In this document: positions 12,301-25,948 of the stretch, piece after piece
How positions within the stretch are numbered: position 1 is the stretch's first letter
How the letters are laid out: each line of letters begins with the position of its first letter
Origin: Ramazzottius varieornatus
Lineage: Eukaryota; Animalia; Tardigrada
Direction: 5' to 3'
Length of the DNA stretch: 64,000 nt
NCBI GenBank assembly: GCA_001949185.1
Contig: BDGG01000002.1
Span: 1,981,826 to 2,045,825, forward strand
Translations under genes and position numbers: made by a program
The notes under the pieces: generated by a model
Told to the model about the DNA's origin: nothing
The model's input: the letters and a program-made list of their open reading frames with translations, nothing else
Database searches by the model: none

Positions 12301-15174
12301 ATGGCAGAAACGGCTACCATCGTCACGGACTTCACCCACCACGTTGAGCAAATGTCCTGTGATCCCACAGTGAGTCGGGACTGGCCCGAGGAAGAATGCC
12401 AGAATTTTGTGTGCTGGATATTGCGCCAGTCCCAGCTGGACAAGCTGAAATTCCCCGGTTCTACCCGTCAGGACATCTACCTCCTCCACTGCCTCCTGAC
12501 CACCGAGGCATTCCACATTGACCAGTTATTGCGCCCGTTGGATGACGAGGTGATGGAGACAGTTCTCTCCATGGCCGTCACCAAGAACGACAGTATCCTG
12601 ATCAAATATCTGCTGAAGATGGGAGCATCAGCTGACATTCTCATCGGCCCTGTATCCTCCGTCTTCAACAAACCTTCCCTCTACGCTTCCGATCGTCAAT
12701 GTCCTGCCTTCACGGCCCTGCTGGTTCAGTTTGGCCAGCCACCTGCCAGAACTCCCGTTCAAGTATGCCGGTATAGGGAACGATAGGGCATACAAGCCTG
12801 AAGCCTCTCTCCAAGTTAAATGTAAACTGACATGCGTTCGATGCAACAGCTGCGGGAACACACGCAGTAAATGTGCTCGATGAATCAGCTGGTATGTGGT
12901 GTCCCCCAAAGGATCCATGACGTACTGCGCCGATTATATTGGGTGTGCTAAACATGCGGTTTGTTCCACAGACGCCAGCCGAGCTACAGGAAATCGAGAA
13001 CAACCACCTGGATCATCAGGCCTTCCTCCAGGCTATCCAAACCAACAATGTCGTCCAGTTCTTCGACAAAGGAGTTGAGTACGATATGGCGCAGCTCAGA
13101 CAAGATCCTGACATTGGTAAGACTTGGAATGAGTAAGAAATCGTGGAATTCAAAAAGCTTCCGTTTCCTCTAAACCTCTTCACTTCTTTTGAGCCTCGCG
13201 GGGGAAAAACAGTCATGAAAGAAATGAAATTTCCAGTGTGCGGTGATCATAATATAGAATTATCTTCAGTGTGGGTGGCAGAAACCAAAGTGGGGTTCCA
13301 CCATAATGTCAGTAAAACCCCAAAGAGGAACTTCACCCTTATGTTTATGTTGTGCAGTCTTGTGGACACAAGTTACATAACAGTCGGTCAAACAAAGTCA
13401 GCCCAGGGGATGCATTTCACACTCACGTGTGCCCGGCATTTCCACGATCGTAGAAGAAACGGCAGAGAGCTAACTTGAATTAACTCGACAGTATTGGCTC
13501 TAATATTGGTGCCAGCCACATACCTTCATCCATTCGATCGGGTCTGGTTTATAACTGTACGTCTCTGGTCTTTCCCCTAGTGAAAACTTGGACAAGGACA
13601 CATCGAGCCTACGTCTACGCTCGGTTGAACCAGCGCCGTCCTAACGGACCTGCCACCGTTGAGTTTAACCGCATCGACATCTTTTGCACCTACAAAGGCG
13701 ACATCTCGGTCAACAGTTACCTGATTGACGAGATCATCGAGCGGAAGAATGCCTTGCACGAAGCAGTGGCAAGGAAGAATCTACCTTATCTGAAGTGGTT
13801 GCTGGAAGAGAAGCACGCGGATCCCAACCAGCCCAGCTTCGTCGGAGGCCTCATCTTTGACCACGTCATCATGGAGTGCAGCCCCATCGAACAGACACTA
13901 CGGGGATTCCTGGTCTGGGACGACAAGGATAGCTTGCTGGTCGGTAGAATGATGGATCTATTGCTGAATAACGGCAGCACGCAGCAGGACCAGAGGAGGT
14001 CGCTTATACGGATACTGCGAGATAATGTCTCGCTTCATATGGGTGCACACAAGTTCTTGTCGTCTGTATATTGGCAATGTGGTGTCTACAGTATTTGAGT
14101 AACGGTTTGTCCTTGTCTGTAGTCTGTATGGAATTGCTGCATTTCATGCACATGACAAGTCGACTTTTGGATCGTGATCAGAGCGTCCTGACGGAAGACA
14201 TGAGCCACGAATTCAACTCTGGCTTCCCTTTGTACGTACTGTACAGGACCAAAACTGCTTTAACTTGCTATTGAGTTTTCTATTCCGTTGTACTGTATTC
14301 TAGAGCAGAACAGAATCATTTGCGAGCTCTTCAGACAAACTTGACAAGATTGTTTCCTCAGCTGGCGCACGCTGTCAGTGATGTTGGCTGAATGCGTGCG
14401 TCACATGGGAAAACGTTCTTGCCGAGTCTGCTCCAACTGGCGCACATCTGTGGTGTTATTGACTGGTGGGCTGCGCCACGTGGGAAGACTGCTCGAATCT
14501 CGCTGAGAATGTCTTCTGATGCATTTCGTATGGGTTATAGGATGCTGCGATCATGCGAGAAGAAGTGGTTTGAAGAAGCGGTAGAAATGTCGGCGGTCGT
14601 CCAGTACATGGACCGCGTCCTAGCCGAAGTTCCCGTCTTCCTGTCGCGCGTCACCCCGCCTGAGCACTTCTCTTTACAACCCGACACCTTCCGTACCCTA
14701 ACCATCCATCGCTGTTACCGTACCCTCGCCACGCTCTTCAAGACCTACGGATGTCGCGCGGTGTCCGTCGCGCCTCTCTCCCTGATGATCGCCGTCCCGC
14801 CAGCGAACATCGAGCCCATCTTCAGCGACGCCCATCGCTCTCGTTGCTTCCTGCTGGAACAAGTCATCGCCAACCACACACGACGCGTAGGCGCTCTCAT
14901 TATCATCATGGCCCGACTCTTCCCAGTGACACATGCTGTGAGGGATTTCTTATTACAGTATTACAGAGTGTTGATAGGTGACGAGAATGTGATATTACCT
15001 CAGAGTGTATACAAGCTACAGAATCGTTGTGTATCGGTCTTGAAGCAGGAAGTCCTGGCTAAGAGGTTGACGGAAAACTATATCGCTTCGCGGTTGTTGC
15101 CGACACCTTTTAGTGATATCTTTCAGTCCAATGTTGAATATCTAACTTTAGCCATATTCGATCCTCTCGCTTGA
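12301..15174 (+). CDS. Ankyrin-repeat protein with putative C-terminal SOCS box (ASB-like), multi-exon
   Basis: Ankyrin-like ETVLSMAVTKNDSILIKYLLKMGASAD and NALHEAVARKNLPYLKWLLEEKHADPN; C-terminal PQSVYKLQNRCVSVLK...LLPTPFSDIF resembles BC-box plus cullin box. Internal exon limits approximate. Confidence 0.6.
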
Positions 15175-15423
15175 TCATGGAAGTTAGTGTTTCTTTTTCA
15201 TTCCATGGCTACTTTTGTTTCTAACTCACGTTGTGTCTCCGTTGCACATTCTCAACGGAGATGCAGTTCAGGTGTCCAGTGTACCAAATTTTACTATGTT
15301 CTCTTGTGGAAGATATCCACTAGACAGTCTCCATCGGGTGTTTTGCAGCGTAACATGTCGGAGCGCAGAAACACTGGATAGACTTAAGCTACTGTAGAAC
15401 GGTGACTTTGGTCATTTCCGGTT

Positions 15424-18400
15424 CTAGAGGAAGGCATCCAGACGCATGGAGCTTCTTGCGATAATGTCCTGGCACGACATTAGCGGGTTTCTGAAGAAAA
15501 AAATTGACCCGCATTTAAAGGCCTGCCGTTTGGGGGGGGGGAAGAGGAAACTGCGGGAGTATTGAGGGACGAAAGCGACAGGGCAACTTACGTGGCTGAA
15601 TGAGCTTCCAGCACGCGAGCTTGAACATTGTTGATGGGCGAGTTGAGGCACATGATAGTGGCCAGTGACACCTTTCGGATTTCTTGCAGTTGGGCTACAA
15701 TAGAACGTTCATTCTTGATTGGGTTTCACGTGAACGGGTAACGGCGGTAACAGTAAGGCAAAGGCTTACATGGTGTAAAGACATTCTCGTTCTCGTAAAA
15801 GAAACGGTCCCCGTTCTTTAATCTTCGGAACTGCTCGGTCAAGATACAGGCAAACGTAGGACCAGAGAGACCTTCACCGTTGACGGGCTTCTCCGACATT
15901 CCACCGGCGAAGAAATCCTACGTAAAAACGTCAATGGGGTAAATGAGTCTTGATGGCTCGATCATTCCGAGTTCATCAATACGGAGCTGTTTCCAAATGG
16001 GCAAGTCGGCAACGGTATTGAACACTGTCGTTTGTGTTGACTCCACTGGCGCACGTTTGCATTGTAATTGGCTGAGAATGTGCGCCATTTGAAAAACGAC
16101 CATTTTCCAATCGTTCCCCGACGTTTCAGTTGATTTATTTCGGTGCCATCTTTGCTATTATGTACCGTGTACTTACAACGTCGTTGATGTTCTTGTAGAT
16201 TGATGCAAGGTTAGCGGCGTTCTGGGGCGAAGTAACTCGTTCGAGGTCGCTGAGGCTGTTAATAGGTGGTAGTCCACAGAACTTCCTCATTTGGAGGTAC
16301 GTGGGAACTCCGTGGTCGCGACCCCGCTGGACGTTCATGGCCAGCTGATCGAAACCTGTGGACCTGTTTGGCGGCTTGTACATCTGGTTCTGGAAGACGA
16401 AAGAGAAATCCACGTCAAAGTTCTGAGCACGTTTTCGGGCCATGCCGGCAATCAGTTGGTCCAGAACGCCGGCCTTGTACCTTTGGATGAAGCAAAATAG
16501 GTTGAATTCAAAGTACAGAAACAAAACCAGAAAAATTTGATGATCCTCAAGTATCTACAATTCAAGAGCTGAATCAACAATACGGAGCTCGGCGGATAAA
16601 TTCGACAAGTCATTTTTACTATGTGGTGCAAGTTCCCAATAATCTTAGCCGAACGCGTGCGCCAATTTTGAAAAATGATCAAATTTGACCAAGTCGTTTT
16701 CCCATGGGGCTCACCTTTCCAGTGACTTTGGTTGGAAGCGTGCGCCACTTGAGAAATCGATCTCGTCGCATTTCTTTCCGTGTTTTGTTACTTCACCGGT
16801 AACCGACGTGATTAGATGCTTACCACATGTTCGGATTGAAAAAGTGTAAAAAGAATGGGGTCTCTGTGCCATTGTCTTGTAAGACTGGCAGCTCGTTCCC
16901 GGCCAGCGTATGCAGACGGAAGGCCGCCGCGGCAAACTCCACCGTGACAGTCGCATCCACGTCAGGATTGTAGCTGTTGGAGTAGCCGGTATCCCTCAGT
17001 GCTACGCCGTTTCGTCCATCGTTGTAGAGTCGTCTACCAAGGATCAATGGGATCATTTCTTTGTAGCTTATGTGCTGAACCATGGCGCCGACAATCTTGC
17101 GTGTCATCTGGAAGGTCGTCTCGTCAGTAGCTCCAGGTAAGCGGGTGAAGAGGAACTGGGCGATGCGGTTGTGCTCGCGTAGGAAGAGGCTGTGAAGGGC
17201 CACTAGGCCGGTGTGTAGATTGACACGTATATCACCGGCATCGACGCATTTCCTGTCGGGGCTAGGCGCGACGCAGGCCAGAGCGTCGGATCCACCGGGC
17301 ACCATCACGACATTCTGCGCCTTTATGAGGGGCGAATCGTTAATTTTCAACATGCCGCCAGATCCTGATCGCAACCTGTGACCATAAGGATTTTTCAGCC
17401 CGAGCACGTTTTGTACTTGATCCCCTTAGTTGATAGTTTACCGTGCTGCGTCACTGTCCTTGTTGCCGTACATGTGCGAAGCGTCAATGTAAGACGCTAC
17501 TCCGTTGACGGGTACTCGGATCCCTGGGACAAAGAAGTTTCAGTATGTCGGCATCGGCTTGAGAAAGTACGGTGCAAGTACGAAGAGAAAGGACCAAGCA
17601 ATAACGGCGGCAACATTAAAGTCAACCGTAGAAAATTGTCGAGAATTGTGTGGAACTGACTTCACCTTAATTTCCGATACTTTTCTACGGTTGAACTACA
17701 CAATGCAGTCTTTTCAACTTGGTCCAGACTTTCTCTTCGTGCCCGTACCAGCCCAGACACTTACTTAGCGAGCAGCCGGTCACGGGCGCTGGCTTTGAAC
17801 GAACAAACTCCATGCAAGTGGTACCCAACGGACCAAAAACGGGATCATTGGCCGGAACAAAGATTGGGAAGCACGATGGATGCACTGGACAGCTGGGATT
17901 CGGGTTGGCGTTCGGCGAGCAGCACTGGACGGTGATCGAGTTGCCTATAATCGAGTGGAAACCGGTCATGTCTGGCGGTCAAGTATAAAGAAAGCCAAAG
18001 TAATTGTCTCACTAGAGTTGGTCGGGTCGGGAACCTTTTCCGCCGGAGCTGAAGGGAAAAAATAACTGTCAAATTTTAGTGCTGGCAGTTTGGACTGACC
18101 ACAAGCGGAACCTGGTGTGACTTACTGTTGACTATGTCGTGAGCAATGAACTGCGCATACTGGACCAGCATGAAAGTTATGTCCCGGTCCTCGGAATCTC
18201 TGTTCTTTGACAGTGCAGTACTGACTGCGCGAGCTGATGGCAACAGCACAGGCTGAGAAGGCCGTGATGTCACGGAGAATGCGCGGGGTGTCGATATACC
18301 ATCCTGGTACGACGACTGTCTGGTCATGCGGGCTTGTGGATAGTCGCTGGAAGCCCATAATGGTCGCCGCAAGTTGTTGCAGGTCCCATCGAAAGTGCGG

Positions 18401-19179
18401 AATGGCCAAGCGCTGTTGCAAGCCACTGTCTTGTCTGGAAAACACACGGGCGGTGCAGGGCCAGGACCTGGAGGTGGAGGTGGGGGTGGCGGTGGTGGTG
18501 GAGCCCCATTTGGAGCTTGACCTGGCGGGCGAAGAAGCGGAGGCGGAGGTGGAGGTGGCGCTCCATTTGGAGGGGGACCTGCAGGGCGAGAAGGCGGAGG
18601 TGGTGGTGGACCAGCTTGTCGTCTCTTCCGTTGACTGTGACTCTGAGCGAGAAGATCGGCGCTGTCGGTGTCTCTGCAAAATCATCCGTGAACACAAGGC
18701 GGCATTTTAATGAGGATCGGGATTTTACACGAGCAAAGAACTCACGACAACTGTTGAGAGAGTGCGCGAGCTGCGTTCTCGCTGACGTAAGCGTATTGTA
18801 CGTTGGGATCGTGTTCCCCTACCATCCACGTCAGGCTTGATCGTCTGTTCGGGTCGGCTTCCACAGCTGCAACGAAACAGTCTCATTTGCAAGGTCAGGA
18901 GTTCGGAGCAAGTCGCAGATATCTGCGCGTCGTAAAGCATCTCCATTTACCGCATTGTGGCGATCTGCTGACTGCAACCATCCGCAGAAAGTCTTCTTGC
19001 CCCGTCTGGAGCGCAGACGGCAGATTTCTCATGGCGCGTCTCACATTGTCGTTGGGCGGGGGCGGAGCATCTCCGCCGGACAGCACGAATGTCGACACTT
19101 GATCGATATCTTGCGCGCTCACAAGATACGTCGAAACCCCCAGCTGGACGACAAGAATCAAGCAACTTGCGAACTTCAT
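15424..19179 (-). CDS. Secreted animal heme peroxidase (peroxinectin/chorion-peroxidase-like) with polyproline N-terminal region
   Basis: Signal peptide [22 protein letters not shown]; [16 protein letters not shown] (distal His), SYIDAS, AGDIRVN (distal Arg), [16 protein letters not shown] (proximal His), [17 protein letters not shown]; stop at 15424. Confidence 0.92.
16043..16751. repeat. Three intronic palindrome family copies (peroxidase introns): 16043-16091, 16620-16668, 16703-16751
   Basis: Each has GTGGCGCAC-like and GTGCGCCAC-like arms separated by 25 nt. Confidence 0.75.
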
Positions 19180-20166
19180 GGCTGGACCCAATGGCTGACA
19201 GATACCAATGCTGCAGGCCGGCTCAAGGCGGGAAATTTCAACTGCTGGTTTCCGTCTCGGCCCACCGTTTAACATCGGTTTTTTTCTCAGAGCGTCTAGG
19301 CACTGCACAACACTTTAGAATTCTGACGTGTATAGCATCCGCTTTGGGGCGGTCTGGGTTCATGATGATTCGGGACAATCTGACCAGCGTCAGCACTATA
19401 AAACTTTCGGCGACGACCAGCGCACTCCACTTAGGAAGTAAGTAGGGAGGCACTCTGGACTTTCTCTGCTTTCAAATCAGGTTCAGCGGGAAGGTGCGAC
19501 GGTGGACTTACTTATGTCGCTCTGTCTGGAAGTGAGTCTTTCCGAGTGCGCGTGCCAAATAAAGACGCGCTACATATGCCGCGACACACGCTACCAGCGC
19601 TGCAAAGTCCAAGGTCAGCCGACATGACTACAGTGTAGTTGCGTAACGTGTTTTTGTGTACGTTTCTGGAGATGTGACGTAGAAACTAGATACGCTTGAA
19701 AACCCTTGAGTGGCGCGTATCAAGTGTCTCAGGTTCGAAGCGTAGGTTGAGGAAGAACTGTGGTTCTTTGTGACTGCGAGCAACGAAGTGACCAAAAAGC
19801 TTTCATCATACACTGACGTACAGTGAATTCATTTGGTCACAAGCTGACGCCGATCTGGGTGGTCGATGCCGCGAAAAAAATTGTAAGAAGTTATTTGTAC
19901 ATGTAACGCAATCCAGACTAGCTACGCCACAGAACGCAATGCCGATAAGTCGGATTTACCCTGTTTCTTTTTTTCGCTCTCAAAGTTCGGCATGATCGTG
20001 GTCATTCAGAAAGAAGCAGCGAATGAATGATGAGTGCGGCGTGTTGTAGCGTAAAAATATCCGATAATTGCGGATACAGTAAACCACGGCAAACAGCCAC
20101 TCATTTCAAAGTCAATTTTGTTAGATCTCCGGCTGTTAACAGTAAATGAACAAATTTTCATTGTAG

Positions 20167-20575
20167 ATGTATAAGGCGCGTTGTTCCCGCGAAAGCGACC
20201 ATGGACTAAAGTTCCTGAAAGGCCAACGAGTTGTGGGCTTGAAGGTCTTCCTCATCTGGCTCGTGGCCCTACTCCTCGTGATTTTTTTGTTCCACGGGAT
20301 TGGTGCCAGAGCTGTGAGCCTGCCTTACGGAACGTGCACTGTGCGACATTTCAAGACCTTCGGTCAAGGTTGCGGATATCTGTCGACTGTAATAGCGTAT
20401 TCGTTAGTGGTCATCGGTTCGAGCACTGTTGAGATTTGACGGAGTTTGTAGGAAAATTGTCGTGACCGTATTACTCCTCCGCTCCGAGAGTACCGAGTCC
20501 TGCGGAAACGTCTGGTTACTGTAATAGCAGTGTTTCTATCCTTGATCTGGTGTCTTGCCAGTTCGATGCCTACAG
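20167..20575 (+). pseudogene. Possible rhodopsin-like GPCR fragment (TM4-TM6-like), disrupted
   Basis: Hydrophobic segments VFLIWLVALLLVIFLF, GTCTV, YLSTVIAYSLVVIG and, after stops, RKRLVTVIAVFLSLIWCLASSMP. Confidence 0.3.
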
Positions 20576-21078
20576 TATGTAGTTATATGTGAATGTATTG
20601 ATATCGAACTAGGGCTTGACTTTCCCTTCGTTTTCCATGGTGAGGTGGGTATTTCAGAACCGCAAGTCTGAAGAGTTAATCATTTTCCGAGTATTCTGCT
20701 TCGTCGTTTTCTCATCGCTGCGTCAAGAGCCTGCCGAGAGAGGTTGGCGGACCTGGGCTAGGACCATCCAAACGAATGTTAGCGCCACTTCTGCCAGCCT
20801 ACTCTTGACGGCGCCCTCCAGCAGGCTCGTCACCGATCAAATCATCAAATCATTGAGGCACATTTGATGTTTTCGAAGGAAGAGAACGCCAACGTGGCGA
20901 CACATGAAAATGTTTTCATCATGCTTGACCGAACATGCTTTGAAAATTTAAGCCTGCAGAGAACAAAGGAATATCTTTTATCAGACAAGAGTACATCGGT
21001 GTAATGCAGGTTGACGTACATTAAATTAGAAGTTTAAAGGGTGTTTCGGTATGTTTTTCACATAATATTATATGACTC

Positions 21079-22797
21079 TTAAACTACTTCGTCTTGATGT
21101 TGTCGGATGGATATTTTCCTGGGTCGGTCTAGTTCCTGCATTGACAGACGACGCCCGATTCCGTTACTGCTGACTGAAGACGACGACCGACTTCGTTCCA
21201 CCGTCGATACCGAACTCACTACGAACACAGTACATGCGACCTCAAAAACCAGAACCTAAAGGTATTGTCAAGTCGCGCATGTACTGTACTTACGAATTCC
21301 AAGACCTTGGCAGAAAAGAAGCAAGGCTCGCGCCACCTTCTCCGGCTGTAAAAAGGTTAACGGTAGCAGACGGTGGAAAGTTTACCTTATACAGATGACA
21401 AGTAATTCGATCGTACCGCTTCGCTCAGCGGCTCGTTGACGTTATCGACAGCCAGAATACTGCATTTCAGCACATTGCTGTGGCTGTGCATTTCCTGGAC
21501 GCTGTCATGGAATGGGGAGTTGTCACCAACCACCAACATTGTATCGCACCTGTTACAATGAGACTTATAAAATACTCGATCCAGCTAAGAGAGCTCTGGA
21601 GAGAAGAAAACGAACCTGAGCTTCTCCTTCAGCATAGGTTGCAAATTGTTCCGCCTGCGAGATGGCGCGCAAACGGTTTCGGCCCGGGCATTTGTTCGAA
21701 TTAAGGTCGAGGTTCGAGTTGGACTTACTCGTGAAAGGCCTCCACTAGCATTTGCAAATTTTTACGGTTGACCGGTGCTCGGTTCAACTGGAACTGCAAA
21801 GAGCTGACATCAGATATCGGTCTTCGGAAGGTTACATTGCTACACGCACCTTTCCCTTATAGCGTTCCTGGAAGCCGGCCGAAGTGACGATGGGGTGTAT
21901 CAAGAAGAGGCCCAGAACTTGATCAGGGTACGACATCTGGGGCAAATCAAGAAACAGCAATGAGGCTATTTGGACAAGACCTGTCTGGTGATGGCTGGAT
22001 AACAAGGAGGGACCGATACCGCGAAACGTATGAGAATATTGGCCCCTGCTCCTTCGCCGAACCCGATCACGTAGGTGGTACTATGACCAGTGAGTGACTT
22101 GATTACTTGATAAACAGTGCTGCGGGTTGATAACGAGCCGCGTAATCAGGGCTTACTGAAGCTGATTAAGAATATCTGCCAGGCTATCGGATAGAGCTTG
22201 CAGGGAAGGGTACCTGAAGAAAACCACCATTCGACCTCGAATGATCTGAGTGGGCTATTGTTAAATCAGGACAGCTACTTACTCGGAAGAAAGCTCGCTG
22301 GTGTTGACGCCTTGGCCTGGTAGCTCGACGTGTATCCAAACCGATCTCGAGCAAAGTTCCTGCATGCTGGTATGCGACAGGAACTGGTCAAAACTGTGTG
22401 CTGTAGGGTGTCCAGGGTATATTCGAGGTCAACAGTGCGAATATGTAGGATCACGAGCAATGAATTGCTATTAGCGTACCATTCAAACCGAGATCGTGGA
22501 CCGTTAGGAAGACTGGCTTTGTTGCCACGTCCTTCGTGTCACCCTAAGGGGCAAGAACTACGTGTGCCGCCAACCGATGAACAGCAGTTACATCATCGAT
22601 CACGGTTCATGCACTCCGTGAAAAAGTACAGTAGCAAAGGACCGAATTTACCTGAACATGGAGCTTCATCTCCCCACTTCGCGCAGTCCGAACCACCATA
22701 TCCGGCGACTGCAACAAGTAAGGTATCGCAGGCGAAAATCACATTGTGTAACAAAGATTTTCCTCAAGGGCGAAGAGCTAATTCTCACCTGAGCCAT
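21079..22797 (-). CDS. NDRG-family alpha/beta-hydrolase-fold protein, paralog 2 (cap-region deletion)
   Basis: Spliced exons give MAQ-SPDMVVRTARSGEMKLHVQGD..PVFLTVHDLGLN..VELPGQG..YPSLQAL..GFGEGAGANILIRFA..PEKVARALLLFCQGLG..RRLSMQELDRPR; stop at 21079. Confidence 0.85.
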
Positions 22798-23238
22798 GAT
22801 CGATGCTCGATGCGAATGGACACGAAACTGATCAGCTAGGACTTCGGTAACTTTGTGTGACAGAAAGAATTAGTAACGTTAACGACTGTTTCGAAATGTT
22901 CCGGTTCTGGCGATTTATATACGGCGAAATTCCATATGATAAACCTCAATGAAAAGATAAACATTTGCCACACAAACAGATGTGGATAATTTACTGTAAT
23001 TGTCAGTTGAACAATACAATATCTTGGTAGACTCAGATGGAGGAAATATAAAGTCCGATGCACATCACTCATGTTCCAAACGGTTCATGACTATCGTCAT
23101 AACGATCGAGTTTCCATAGTCATCATGGTCCACATTACCCAGTAAAACCCTCACAGCAACCTTTGTTCCATCAAGGAAATTCGAGCCATAATTGGCACTA
23201 CTGTTTGTTTGAATATGTTGGCTGATGTAATTTAGAAA

Positions 23239-25948
23239 TTACAGGTGGGACGTTTCCGGCGGACGTTGCGCTGTGACGGATATCCGTCGTGGCAAGTCAG
23301 CTTCTTGCATTGACACACGTCTTCTGGGTGCCCCACCATCGCCGCTCAGTGACGTGGAGGAACGAGCTCGTTCTCCTGGCGTTGTAACCGACGTCACTGT
23401 AAAAACAGATAAAATTTTCATTAAACATAATGTTTGACCAAATCTGGAAGCTCGGTCAACCAACTCGACGACATCCCTTTTCCAAGTAGCGCAGGCATCT
23501 AGCCACAGTCATCGTCCAGGTGCGCCACTTGGAACGCTGATTATGTCGAGTTTGTTCGTCGAAGTGGCGCACGTTTTTGTGATAGCGTGCGTCACTTTCA
23601 AAAACGATTTAGTTGAGTCTGTTAGTTAAGCACTCATTTACTGTATGCTGTTTTGGCTTCTGCGTCTCAGCTGTATCAATAGAAGCCTGGACTATGCAGT
23701 TCTTGGCAAAAGGCATGGGAGGAAATGGCTTTAGGCTTTACGACCGCGCATAAAGGGACTTACATAGACCGAGGCCTTTGCAGAAGAGCACCAATCCACG
23801 CGTGACTTGTGCTGGCTGCAAACAAACAGTGAAATCAAAAGCAAGTTATTTCCTTTTTGTTGATAAGATACGGGCGCCAGTACTTGCAAGTAAGAGGAGG
23901 ACAAACATTATCTGGAAAACCAGGCAGTGCTCACTTCAAACACCCTTACCGCTTCGTTCAAGGCATCGCCAACGTTGTCAATATTGAGCAGACTGGCTTT
24001 CTGGGGGTTCAGATGGGAATACATGGTCACCACTGTATGCTGGAATGAGGATTTATTGCCGCAGATGATCAGGACGTCGCAACTGCAACAAAAAGGACAA
24101 TGGAAAAAAGCGGCGGCAGGAAATTCTCAGTTTACGGTTTACACACAGGTTATACACTGTCCAGAATGCTCTCTTAACTGACTTCGAATTTGATTGGTTT
24201 ATTGAGTTTGCCAGAGTAACGTATCAATGCAGTATTCAGGCTACGAGCATAACGCAAATTTGACGTCTGGTATAGAGGTGTGTCTGGCACTGCACTTACG
24301 TCAGCTTGTCCTTCAAAACAGTGGTTATGTCATTGCGGCTGTAAAGAAAACAGTCCACCATTACATTGGCGAGTTTTCCGAGCAGCTTTTGGGAAGTATT
24401 ATGGCAGATCGAATAGCTTTATAAATCCTTCTATGCTTACTTCGAGAAAGCGTCCATGTAAAGTTGGAGGTTCTTGTGGTTGATTCGGCTGCGCAGCTCT
24501 GCCAGGTACTGTTTGATGGCTTGTTCCCGACCCTCCTCTCTCCCTTCGGTGTCCTGTCAATTCAGTCCACAGTCGACTAGTGTTGTTAGTTCGAGCGTCA
24601 AGTCATGATGATTCAAATTCGATCTTACGTTTCCAAACTTGTACATGACCAGGTAGTCTTCGGCGCTTGGGTTGCTGCTGCTGCTGCTTTTCAGCGTGAA
24701 GTTCAGCCATTTCTCTTTAAACCATTCTTGGATGCCAGCAGAGGTCGCCGTTGGGTGGATCAGAATTAGGCCAAGTACTCGGTTTGGATACGTCATCTGT
24801 AATAGTAAACGCTCTGTCATACATTTCAGGCGTTTGTCAGTGGATGTAAATGTACCGCAAAGCGCGTGAGGATGTTTGCTCCAGCGCCTTCCCCAAATCC
24901 GACCACATATTGCACACTGTAAAGAAATTAAACTTATTATCTTCATATCGAACAAAGTCCACACCATCTTCTTCGCATATACAGAGCGTTAACGATAAGA
25001 TAAAAGTAAAAGCAGAGATAACGAGCAACAAACACGAAAGTCAAAGAGAAGGCTTACTGAACGAGGTTAAGGATCTCCACCACGTCTTCCCCGATTTCCT
25101 GGAGTGATGGAAATTTGTAGCTGCAAGCACACAGGCCCAATGAAAACGTTCAGACTGAAGAGTAATTGATATCTGGTGTAAATTAGAGTGGGTGTGGCGT
25201 AGCGAAGGACGTACTCAGAGGGCAGATCGGGGGAGTTGATGCCTTGGCCGGGTACTTCGACATTGAGCCAGACGGACCTTGAGCGCACTTCTTGCATGCT
25301 CTCGTGTAACACGAACCGATCAAAGCTATGGGCTGTTCAACATCATAAAGAATGCATAGGCCGATAGGCAAGATCCATCGACGTCTATTAACTCTTTCTG
25401 TAAACTCTTCATTCGAATCGTACGTATCGATCTTGGTTAAGATGCGAACGATCCTTCACTTTGCTTACTTTACAGAAGTCCCATCACACTTACCATTGGA
25501 ACCAAAGTCGTGCACGGTCAAAAAGACAACGCGGTTGCTTACTTGTTGGATGTCACCCTGAAATTAAACACGTAGAAATATAAGCATCGATCGTGCTCCA
25601 TTGCAAAGAAGCAACTTCCGGGTTCCGTAAATAGCTAACCCTCCGAATCTATTCTCTTTGATACTTTCAGTTTAGAGATGGTACGTCGGGAAATGCTTTG
25701 AACATGAACGTTTCTCTGAATGGCGCACTCAATCAGCCAAAAATAATGAGGGTATACGCCACTTGAAACACCATGGTCAGTTGTATCAAATGCCGTGGAT
25801 TATTTGACCTGGAGTTCTAATCAGGTGTATATTTGGGCTTTCCACAAATTCTTTTTTGCGAGTAGCCAAGAAGTGATCCATGCCTTATACTCACCAGAAC
25901 GTGGACATCGACTTCACCGCATCGCGTGGTGCGCAGCTTCAGACATGT
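23239..25948 (-). CDS. NDRG-family protein, paralog 1 (first coding exon not resolved)
   Basis: Exons give TTRCGEVDVHVLGD..VVFLTVHDFGSN..VEVPGQG..YKFPSLQEIG..GFGEGAGANILTRFA..YPNRVLGLILI..RRVSMQEADLPR; stop at 23239. Confidence 0.85.
23483..23598. repeat. Tandem pair of intronic palindromes (NDRG intron); spacers 25 and 14 nt
   Basis: CAAGTAGCGCAG-N25-GTGCGCCACTTG; GAAGTGGCGCAC-N14-GTGCGTCACTTT. Confidence 0.8.
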
